From Paraspadella gotoi (Eukaryota > Animalia > Chaetognatha), in the NCBI GenBank assembly GCA_051294375.1, contig CM119264.1, forward strand, positions 25,534,254-25,598,253: 64,000 nucleotides of DNA. The letters are read 5' to 3'. The translations under genes were made by a program, and so were the position numbers. Shown here one piece after another: positions 52,832 to 64,000 of this stretch. Each line of letters opens with the position of its first letter. Position 1 is the first letter of the stretch. The notes below the pieces were generated by a model. The model had not been told where the DNA came from. It saw only the letters and a list, made by a program, of their open reading frames with translations, and searched no databases.

Positions 52832-54609
52832 CACTTTGGACGGGGCTTCTTTTATGACCTCCTCAGGTGGGAATCAATCAACGTTTCGCTCGAAGATGTT
52901 GTCGTTGTTGTTGTCGTTGTTGTGTGTTTACTTCTTTTTCTCATTCTTGGCAATTGTCTTTCGTCAATCCTTCGATGAGATTTGAAACTTCGATCGGATA
53001 TTGAACTCGCGGACCTTCGACCCTCCGTCTCGTCCTCCGTCTCTTTATCCTCGACCCAGTGTCGACGCCATTTCGTTCTTTGTTGTTGCTGCCTTTATGG
53101 TTTCGGTTGACGACGACGACGACGACGACGACGACGTCCTCTACGAGAGCGTGAGTCATAAAAAGATGACGCAGTCGCCCGTCCATCTTTTTCCCCGTTA
53201 ATCAATAATAAAAAAATATCGTCGTCTCCTTTAATCATTCATATCAAATATCTAAGCGAAGGTGAGCGATGACTCTGACATCGTTTGCTTCTTTTTCTCT
53301 TTTTTTCTCTTTCCTCTTTTTTTCTTTCCTCCTTTTTTCCTCCTTCTTCGATCGTCAAAAGAGAAAGAGAGAGAGAGAGAAAGAAGAGAGAGAGGAGAGA
53401 GAGAGAGAGAGGAGAGAGAAGAGAGAGAGAGAGAGAGAGAGGGAGCAAAGAACTATTCTTTTCTCAGCCTTCGACCATTAACGTTTTCCCCGGCGTTTCT
53501 GCCCGCGCCATTCCTTATTCCTTATTCTCCCTTCCAATATTTGTTCTTTTTCCCTTATTCGTCCTTCATGCAGAGTTTGCGTTTCCGCCATTTTTTTGGG
53601 TTTTCTTATCCATTATGACATTATCAATGCATGGGATCGAAAAACTGGCTGCGGCGGCGCGCGGGCGGCGGCTGATCTCTCTCTGGGTAAAAAAAAGAGA
53701 AAATGAAATAAAGAAATCGATATTTTTCTATTATTTACGTTTTTGAAAATACATTTTTGGAAACAAATCAAAAATAATAGTTCTTTTTAAATCTAAAAAA
53801 ATAACAAATAAAGATAGTGAAACAAGTAATTTTAAAACTTTCATACATGAAACGGATTTTAGATTATTAGCACCGTTCAAATATTATTTACAATTAAATT
53901 CAATTCAATTCCATTAATATTCCTACGGGACCCGTAGACCTATTTTGAAACCAGTTTCTAACCGGATCTCAACTTAATATCAACCAGTGTTCTTGTCTCT
54001 ATACTTTGTGGTTCTAATTTTTCTTCCTCTAAATGTACGCATTACCGTTCTTAACGTTTCGGTCGTATTTTTTTTCGCCGCATGGTGAAGGCTTGACTAC
54101 TCAATGAATGAATAAATGAATAAATAAATAAATGAATAAATAAATAAATGAATAAATGAATGAATGAATGAATGAATGAATGAATGAATGAATGATTGAA
54201 TGATTGAATGAATGAATTAATGAATGAATGAATGAAAGAATGAAAGAATGAATGAATGAATGAATGAATGAATGAATGAATGAATGAATGAATGAATGAA
54301 TGAATGAATGAATAACTGGTAGAAATATTTACCGTATGCCGTAAAGTAGATTATTTTATCGCTTAAAATCAGTGCAAAACGGATACATTCCCGGAGAACC
54401 GCCTGACTATAGATAACTAATGCCTGATAATCTCTTGACCCTTACTACCGCCTGACATCCTCTGGGTCCGAGTCCCGCCATCTTCCGTCGTCTCATTTAT
54501 TACTTACGCTGAGAAGCCAATAACTGTTTCCATCATCCAGGATTCCATTAGCCGCACGATGCCATTAACGGTTTCTCCGTTAAAAGTGTTCTGATTGGCG
54601 GGGGGGAAT

Positions 54610-54690
<81 letters not shown>

Positions 54691-55223
54691 CACTTTGGAC
54701 GGGGCTTCTTTATGACCTCCTCAGGTGGGATCAATCAACGTTTCGCTCCGAAGATGTTGTCGTTGTTGTTGTCGTTGTTGTTGTTTACTTCTTTTTCTCA
54801 TCTTTGGCAATTGTCTTTCGTCAATCCTTCGATGAGATTTGAACTTCGATCGGATTTGAACTCGGGACCTTCGACCCTTCCGTCTCGTCCTCCGTCTCTT
54901 TATCCTCGACCCAGATGTCGACGCCATTTCGTTCTTTGTTGTTGCTGCCTTTATGGTTTCGGTTGACGACGACGACGACGACGACGACGACGTCCTCTTA
55001 CGAGAGCGTGAGTCATAAAAGATGACGCAGTCGCCGTCCATCTTTTCCCCGTTTAATCAATAATAAAAAATATCGTCGTCTCCTTTTAATCATTCATATC
55101 AAATATCTAAGCGAAGGTGAGCGATGACTCTGACATCGTTGCTTCTTTTTCTCTTTTTTTCTCTTTTCCTCTTTTTTTTTCTTTCCTCCTTTTTTCCTCC
55201 TTCTTTCGATCGTCAAAAGAGAA

Positions 55224-55291
<68 letters not shown>

Positions 55292-55510
55292 GGGGGAGCA
55301 AAGAACTATTCTTTTCTCAGCCTTCGACCATTAACGTTTTCCCCGGCGTTTCTGCCGCGCCATTCCTTATTCCTTATCTCCCTTCCAATATTGTTCTTTT
55401 TTCCCTTATTCGTCCTTCATGCAGAGTTTGCGTTTCCGCCATTTTTTTGGGTTTTCTTTTCCATTATGACATTATCAATGCATGGGATCGAAAACTGGCT
55501 GCGGCGGCGG
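51483..55510. repeat. Tandem duplication of about 2 kb (51483-53660 and 53688-55510; third partial copy 60364-60940)
   Basis: Near-identical sequence starting aaaaaaagagaaaatgaaataaagaaatcg. The copies differ mainly by small indels and by an extra segment of about 350 bp in copy 1. Confidence 0.92.
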
Positions 55511-55613
55511 CGGCGGCGGCTGCGGCGGCTGCGGCGGGGTTCGAACGGAGATTCTGCGCGATTTTGAGCGACTGCGATGCTAAGGACGACGTGGTTTCTT
55601 TAAGATGTCGTCG
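55464..55613 (-). CDS. Possible terminal exon with a poly-Ala tract, gene unidentified
   Basis: cccactag|CGA CGA CAT... translates to RRHLKETTSSLASQSLKIAQNLRSNP(A)13SFRSHALIMS*. No family was recognised. Confidence 0.25.
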   Translation of the reverse strand, partial: RRHLKETTSSLASQSLKIAQNLRSNPAAAAAAAAAAAAASFRSHALIMS

Positions 55614-55987
55614 CTAGTGGGCGTGGTTGTGGCGTGAGCGTTTGTGTGTGACTGCGTCTTTGTAGAGTCCGGTGAAGGGAAGGGTTTGACGTGATTTCGT
55701 GAGTTTATAAACATAGACTATAGAAAATATATATATATGTTTATATATATATATATGTTTATATATATGTTTATTTATAACTAAGGCGATGTCTTCATAT
55801 ATATTTTTCGATGTCTTATGTCTTATGAACTTCATAGTCTAAATCATCCTAATTCCTTCTGAATTTACTTTTTGACTCTGTCTCAAGCGTTGTTCTTCTC
55901 CCTCTTTGCCTCTCCCTCTTCATGACGGGTGTTCTCTCGCTTCAAAATCTCTCTTTCCTTTTCAACAACTCTCTCAAAGCTTTACTG

Positions 55988-56057
<70 letters not shown>

Positions 56058-56157
56058 CTCTCTCTCTCTCTTTCGTCTCGGTTTGTCTCTCCGTCAATTC
56101 TCAGTCTCTCCTCTCTCACCCTTCATCTCACCCCTAAAAGAAAACTCTCCCTCTCTC

Positions 56158-56221
<64 letters not shown>

Positions 56222-56223
56222 GT

Positions 56224-57810
56224 TGTCCGCTCTCGCGGGCTTTTCATAATTTCAGTCATGTCCTCTATCCGCCGTTTGCCGCGAGAGTGACCCGTGGGAC
56301 GTCATATATGATAATTTCATCATCCGCCCAGGCGAATATAACACCCGTCGTTCTTCATGTTCATTCGCACGTCGTTCATTCTCGTTGCATCTCGCCCGTC
56401 GTTCATTCATCGTTCTTCGCCCGGTCGTTCATTCATTCGTTTATTTGCCCGTCGTTCATTCATGTTCATTTTCACGTCGATTCATTCATCGTTTCATTTG
56501 GCCCGTCGTTCATTCATCGTTCATTTGACCCGTCGTTCATTCATCGAATCATTTGCCCGTCGCTCCTTCACCCGACCGTGATTAGTTCTCTTCATTTGTT
56601 CACTCAAAGATTTTTTGGCCATTCGCTTATTTCCGAATCATTCATTTACCCCTTGTTCGTCACCCATATTCCATTACTCAGTCAAAGTTATCGCTCAGCT
56701 ATCGTCATATGGCCAATCATTGCTTCGACTCTTTTCATTTGCCCTCTTTCATTTCCATTTTGAATGGTTTCCATTCTTATTCACCTGCTTTTCATTCTCC
56801 ATATGTTCAGCAAGCCCTTCATTCATATGTCCGTCACTTCACCAGTGACTTGCCAGCAGTTGCGCGTGGTTTTGCCATTAACTGCCATCAATTTCGTCCA
56901 AATTGTTTATTATTATTAGACCTATGGTTTTCCGGCCCACGAGACCTCTGGCGAGACCTCTGCATAGTTAAGTTAACTGTTGGACGTTATTCGTTAAAAT
57001 TCGATTACCGTCAAAAAAGTGTTTTTTATTTTCAAAACTACAAAAACTTAACCTTCTCAGTTTCATGTCTTAGTTCCCACACTGAACCTATGACACGCGC
57101 ATGACCTTGTCCAACTTTCATGTCTTTCACGGCTTGTCTTTCATCAGCGCGGGTTGTCCCGTGCCAAAATCGCCAGCCCAACATTGGCCGCTGTTGGCCT
57201 GAGCGCCGACATACCTTGGCTATTTGCTTCACAAGATAATTCGTACTGTCACAGAATCCCAATACATACAAGCTCTTATTCTCCTCTCGAATCCCATGTT
57301 TCATCTACATCAAAACGCCTTTCTCAATTTCTCTCTCTCTACTCTCCTCTCTCTCATCTCGGTCTCTTCTCTTCACTTTTTAAAGTTTTATTTTCTTCAC
57401 TCGTTTTTTTTGTTATTTCTTTTTCATTCATCCGCAGTTTTTCCTGCCTTTTCCCAGGTTCTTATGAGGCTTATATTTTCTTCTTTACATTTTTTCCTTT
57501 TTATATTTTTCTATTCTTACCAATTTCTCCATCCCTTTTATCCCCTTTTTTTTCTTTCTCTTTCCTTCCTTTCGCTTTCCTTCTCCCTGCCTCCCTGTTT
57601 TCTTTTTCCTTCTTTTTCCTTTTTTACCGCGGCCTTCTCTCTCGATTTCAGTTGCACAAGGTGATTTCCTTGTAATGTTGTTTACCAACTTCTTGGGGTC
57701 ATCTCCGATCCAAAACATTGTTAAACTCACCGCGATCTTGCCCAGAGATCAGGCAATTCGCGCTGTTGCCTTCGCCAATGCCGTTCCCCGACGGTTGACG
57801 ACTTATTTAA
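56224..57810. repeat. Block repeated at about 60210-60350 and 62738-63995
   Basis: Shared anchors include gcccgtcgttcattcatc repeats, ttttccggcccacgagacctctggcgagacctctg and ggggtcatctccgatc. Confidence 0.88.
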
Positions 57811-57889
57811 GACACAACATGTCGATGCTACTCTCTTCTCTCTCTCTCTCTCTCTCTCTCTCAGTACTCTCTCTTCTCTCTCTCTCTGT

Positions 57890-57924
<35 letters not shown>

Positions 57925-60900
57925 ATCTCTCTTCTTCTTCTCTCTCCTCTCTCTATCTCTTACTCAACTTTTTTCTCCGATCTATCTCTATTAGATAATA
58001 TTTTAACTGAACTAATATTGAACCACAATCTTTCCGCTCGTCTCCTCTTCCTTCTTGCCTGAGGTAACGTTTTGTCAAAACAACAAGAATATCTCTCGCC
58101 TTTCCTTCTTTCTTTCCTTTTTCCCTTTTTCTCAACCTTTACCCTCTACCTCTTAAGGGGGACCCAGACCTCCCCTGTTGGATTAAAAATATTATATCAG
58201 TAAAGCTTAAGGGTCTATCATTACAAAGGAATTTGATGGTGATAGTCATTAATTCTTTTTTGCACCGGGAAGTAGCATAAAAAATTCTCTCATCTCATTA
58301 TTGTAGCGGAAACAAAAATTAATAATTATGAACAAAAACATTTAGTTGACCCTACCTAATATTTTATATAATCCATTATTTTATTTTTGCTTAGAAAGTA
58401 TTTTTTTACTAAATTCCAATTTTTATTTTTTACTGTACAAAGCATACAATTTTAGGTTTAAGCCTCAATTGACAAAGGCTTATACAGACTAATATTTTTA
58501 TTATTTTCTATATTTACTTAACAAGCAGACAAACAAAACCTAAATTCTATTCTTACCAGAAAACAAAAATTAGAATAATTATTAAATTAATATTCCATAT
58601 TCATCCTTAAATGTATCTATTAGCTATATTGATTCCTAAATTATAATAACTAAAAAATTTAGCTCATAAGCTACAGAATCTTTTTCCTTTTTTTATATTT
58701 ATATTACTTCAAAAAGAGTTTTTATTTTGTGCAATCCAATTAACAGATCATTTAAAAGGAAAGTTTAAATAAAATCCAGTCGATACCTTAAATTTTGATT
58801 TCATTCCTAGTTTTTTTTCTTATAAATTTTGTGATTAAAGCTGAAAATCTTTTTAAATAGATTTACCCTTTTTTGGAAAAAACATTGAAACTGGAAAAAA
58901 AGATTCTTTTTGCTACTACCAATTTTTTTAAGAAGAATTAACGGTCTCAGCTGATTTTATTCGAATTTTTTAACCTAACTTTCCCATTTGATTATAAAAG
59001 AAAAAATTAATTGGATTCAGAAACCAGCTTAAGTAAAGGGATCAAACGTTTATGTTTTACACGTTCATTTTACCCCCCAAACCCTGAGTTCACTTGTCCT
59101 TAATTCTATCGGTCCCGTCTTCCATCCTTCCTGTGCGGTCTTCCCTTTCTTCCTTTCTTCTCCTTCCTAGTCTTCTTCTTGTCCTTTTACTTCCCTCGCT
59201 CCTTCCTTTTCCTTCCTTCCTGTCTTTCCTTCCTTCTGTACCTTTCCTATCTTCTTCGGTTTCTTTCCTCTCCTATTTCCGACTTTTCTATCTTATCTCC
59301 TCTCATCTCTTAATTCTCTCGTCTTCTCGCTTCTTGGTTTCTTCCTTCTTTCCTTCCTTCCTATCGTTCCTTTTCTTCATCCTCCCCTTCGGCCCTTCCT
59401 TCCTTCCTTCCCTTCCTTCCTCCTTCCGTTCTTCCTTTCCTTCACTTCCGTCCTTCTTTCTCTCTCCTGGCTCCTTTTTCCGCTCTCCGTCCTTCTACCG
59501 TCCTGTCCTTTTCCTTTCTGCCTTCCGCTGCCTTCCTTCCTTCCTTCCCCTTCCTTCCTTCCGGCTTCCTTCCCTTTCCCTCTCTTCCTGTCCTTCCTCC
59601 TCCCTTCCTTCCTTACCTTCCTTCCTCCTCTGTCCTTCCTTCCTCTTATTCCACTCTATTTTCACTTCATAATATTCATCATCTAACATCTCCTCGTCAT
59701 CTTTCCCCGACTGCTCCTCCTCCCTTTCCATTTCCTCCATCGCTTCTCCCCATTGCTGACCCGAGGCGATTCACACAAAGATTATGATATCCATACGAAA
59801 ATATTTTGCGATATGTCGTTTACGGCCTCGGATAAGAAATGGAACTTATTCGAATGTTGTGACATAAACTCGTGGTGGTTGAGGTTAAGCATCATCTCCG
59901 ACAAATACAAGGATATTTCTATTCAATCTACACGTTACAATATACATATCTCGGTAACTCTTATAACTTATTATAATATTGATATATTACAAAGTGTCGT
60001 AATTCTATTAAAAAAAGGATGATATTAATTGTTAATATCTATATTATGTATTTGATTGCTAGTGCGGAGTACAATAAGGTATACCCGTAGTAAACAAAGA
60101 GTAGTCTCTTCATATCTCAATTATACGTATCTTCTATCATTTTCCATCTCATTGTAGGAAGCCAGTTACATCTCTCTCTTTCCCNNNNNNNNNNNNNNNN
60201 NNNNNNNNNTGTCCGCTCTCCGGGCTTTTCATAATTTCAGGTCATGTCCTCTTCCGCCGTTGCGCGGGGTGACCCGTGGACGTCATCATAATTCATCATC
60301 GCCCAGGCGAAGCACCCGTCGTTCATTCATCGTTCATTCGCCCGTCGTTCATTCTTCATATAAACGTTTCGGTCGTAATTTTTTTTCGCCGCATGGTGAA
60401 GGCTTGACTACTCAATGAATGAATAAATGAATAAATAAATATGAATAAAATAAATAAATGAATAAATGAATAATGAATAAGAATGAATGAATGAATGAGA
60501 ATGAATGAATGATGAATGAATGAATGATTGAATGAATGAATTAATGAATGAATGAATGAAAGAATGAAAGAATGATGAATGAATGAATGATGAATGAATG
60601 AATGAATGAATTAATGAATGAAATGAATGAATAACTGGTAGAAAATTATTTACCGTATGCCGTTAAAGTAGATTATTTATCGCTTAAAATCAGTGCAAAA
60701 CGGATACATTCCCGGAGAACCGCCTGACTATAGATAACTAATGCCTGATAATCTCTTGACCCTTACTACCGCCTGACATCCTCTGGGTCGAGTCCCGCCA
60801 TCTTCCGTCGTCTCATTTATTACTTACGCTGAGAAGCCAAATAACTGTTTCCATCATCCAGGATTCCATTAGCCGCACGATGCCATTAACGGTTTCTCCC

Positions 60901-61719
60901 GTTAAAAGTGTTCTGATTGGCGGGGGGGAAATCAATCTCTCTCTCTCTGTCTCTCCTCTCCCTCTTCTCTCTCTCTTCTCTCTCTCTCTCTCTCTCTCAC
61001 CTCTCTCTCTCTTTTTAAACTAAAAGATGCATATTTTAACGTGAAACCACATTTTCTACAGTGAGTGTTGTCATTGATCTATATTTAAAATACGTTGCAT
61101 CTTTTCTTGCATTTTTATTGTTAAAAGTAAAACACGGATGATACGGTATATCGCAAAAATGATAGAAGGATGGATTAAAAGGAAACCGATTTAGGAGTAT
61201 AAAACTGAGTATGTATAAGAAAAAATGCAAAAAAAGATGGAAATAATATATAAAGAGAGAGAGAAAATAAAGAAAAATAATAGATTTTAAGACAAAACTC
61301 GAATGGTAGAGCCTTCATCACTCACTCCTTTCGCTTAGGATAGGATAGTTTGATTGGATAATGATTTAAATGATATAAAAGGAGACGAAACGGAGTATTT
61401 TATTTATATGTGATTAAAGGATGAGAAAAGAGTTATAGGAGACGAGGCGCAAGGACATCGCCTCTGTGAATCTCATGTTATATGTCTCGAACACATCTTC
61501 AGTTAAGATATGTGAGAACGTTACAGGTGCGTCGAAGTTACGCTGCGTACAGTCAATCCGAAACCATAAAGGCAGCAACAAACAAAGAAACGAAATGGTT
61601 TCGTCGGACATCTGGCGGTCGAGGAAAAGAGGACGTAGGTAGTAACGACATAGCAGGTATTATAGTAAGGAATACAGTAAGGCACTGATGATAATTAATA
61701 AGTAAAAATGATATTTACA

Positions 61720-62310
61720 GAAAGATGATATTTAAAAAAGATGTATTTAAAAGGAAACCGATTTATTAGTTGATGATATTTAAAAAAAGGATGATAGTTA
61801 AAAGTAACAAAACGATGATAGTTATTTTGGATAAAAATGATCATTTAAAAGGAAACCGATTTTAGTAGTTACTAATATTTAAAAAATGATGCATATTTAA
61901 AAGTAAACATGGATGATAGTTATTTGGAGAAATGATATTTAAAGGAAACCGATTTATTAGTTGATGATATTTAAAAAATGATGATATTTAAAAGTAAAAT
62001 CACGGCATGATTGTTTATTTGTAGAAATGATATTTAAAAAAAAGATGATATTTAAAAGGAAACCGATTTAGGAGTTTGATGATATTTAAAAAAGGATGAT
62101 AGTTTAAAGTAAAAAAACCGATTGATAGTTATTTGAAAACACGATATTTTTAAAAGGAAACGCGATTTAGTAGTTACTGATCATTTTAATAAAAAAACAG
62201 ATCGGATGTCGTATTTAAAAGTAAAATGATATTTAAAAAAAGATGATATTTAAAGGAAACCGATTTATTAGTTGATTGATATTTAAAAAAAGGTGATAGT
62301 AAAAGTTTAC
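61720..62310. repeat. AT-rich degenerate tandem repeat
   Basis: Recurring aaaggaaaccgatttattagttgatgatatttaaaaaa units. Confidence 0.8.
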
Positions 62311-64000
62311 CATCCGAATGTATAGTTCTATTCTTGTATATACATATCTGAATTATTTCCATGCATAATACGCGCGTCAAACACCCGATGTAGGGTCTAC
62401 TTCATAGATATGTACTAGGTATATATAAAATACCACTTCGCTTGACTCGTACAGCGGGTGCGCTCGTGATCGTCATCATATTATTTTAGACCAGGCGAAG
62501 CACCGTCGTTCCAGATTATAAGTTATTTGGCACCTATTTGGATGATAGTTATTTCTAGGTAACGTATCAAATTATCTATCCGCTCCCGTCGTTCATTCTC
62601 AACATCAACGTTCATCCAACTCGCCCGTCGTATCATACGGAGGAGGAGTCGAGACGTTTATTTGCCCGTACGTTCATAAGAGATATGAGGTTCATTATGC
62701 CCGTCGTATTCANNNNNNNNNNNNNNNNNNNNNNNNNTTCATTCATCGTTCATTTGCCCGTCGTTCATTCATCGATCATTTGCCCGTCGCTCCTTCACCC
62801 ACCGTTTAGTTGCTCTTCATTTGTTCACTCAAAGATTTTTTAGCCATTGCTTATTTCCGAATCATTCATTTACCCCTTGTTCGTTCACCCATCATTCACT
62901 TACTCGTCGTTCGCTCACCTATCGTTCATATGCCAATCATTCGTTCACTCTTTTTCATTTGCCGTCTTTTCATTTCCAATTTTGAATGGTTCCATTTCTT
63001 ATTCACCTGCTTTTCATTCTACCATTGTTCACAAGCCCTTCATTCATAGTCCGTCATTCACCAGTGATTTGCCAGCAGTCGGTTTGCCATTAACTGCCAT
63101 CAATTTCGTCCAAAATGGTTTATTATTATTAGACCTATGGTTTTCCGGCCCACGAGACCTCTGGCGAGACCTCTGGTTAAGTTAAGTTAAGTTAGACGTC
63201 TGATTCGTTAAAATTCGATTACCGTCAAAAAAGTGTTTTTTTATTTTCAAACTACAAAAACTTGAACCTTCCATGTTTCATGTCTTATTCCCACATGACC
63301 TATGACACGACATGACCTTCCACCATGTCCTTTCACCTTGTCTTTCATCGCGCGGGTTTGTCCCGTGCCAAAATCCCCGCCCACCATTGGCCGCGTTGGC
63401 TGAGCGCCAGACAGATAACCTTGGCTATTTGCCTTCACAAAGGAAATTCGTGTCCGTCCTTCAATTTCGAAATCCAATGGAAACTAAACAAACGCTTTTC
63501 CTTTCTCTCTCTCCTCTCTCCTTCTCTCTCCTCTCTCTCATACTCTCTCACATCTCTCTCTCTCTCCTCTCTCTCTCTCTCTTTCTCTTCACTTTTAAAG
63601 TTTTTTTTCTCACATCGTTTTTTTTTTGTTATTTTTTTTCATCATCCTCAGTTTTTCTGCTTTCCAGGTTTTTACTAATTTTTTCTCCTACATTTTTTCC
63701 TTTTTTATTTATTCTTTCTTACCAATTTCTCCATCCCTTTTATCCCCTTTTTTTTCTTTCCTCTTTCCTTCCTTTCCTTTCCTTCCTCCCTGCCTCCCTT
63801 TTTCTTTTCCTTTCTTTTCATTTTTACCCGCGGCCTTCTCTCATTTCAGTTGCACAGGTGATTTCCTGTAATGTTGTTTACCGACTGTTGGGGTCATCTC
63901 CGATCAAAACATTGTTAACTCACGCGAATCTTGCCAGAGATCAGGCAATGCGTGTTCCTTGCCATGCCGTTCCCGACGGTTGACGATTATTTAAGGAAAA

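Noticed and set aside
59094-59672. 192-aa hydrophobic ORF
   Set aside because: It is a degenerate (CCTT)n tract in low-quality sequence.

Overview
Eukaryotic nuclear DNA, probably from an invertebrate animal: GT-AG introns, AT-rich intergenic DNA, and very dense (GA)n/(CT)n, (GAAT)n and (GAC)n microsatellites. Most ORFs in the supplied track are translations of these repeats. Four spliced genes can be rebuilt by hand. (1) The 3' part of a single-pass type I membrane protein with a Tyr-motif/PxxP tail (+, exons 1964-2483 and 6370-6978). (2) A 3-exon type II membrane, glycosyltransferase-like gene (+, 4189-5517) that appears to lie inside the last intron of gene 1, on the same strand. (3) A MAP3K19/YSK4-like STE11-family kinase (-, 20940-9354) with a 5.5-kb first coding exon and six small kinase exons, four of which carry indels. 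(4) A 13-exon, probably secreted PI-PLC X-domain (PLCXD-like) gene (-, 32560-26174). Also present are a tRNA-Val(TAC), a tRNA-derived SINE-like element, DINE-1/HINE-like non-autonomous elements, several RFX X-box motifs (one next to a forkhead site upstream of the kinase) and a 1.8-kb minisatellite. The stretch from about 48.8 to 64 kb consists of noisy duplicated blocks next to N-gaps and is probably partly assembly artefact. I found no prokaryote-type system such as CRISPR, an operon or a defence island. The most notable items are the same-strand nested gene and the candidate ciliary regulatory module.
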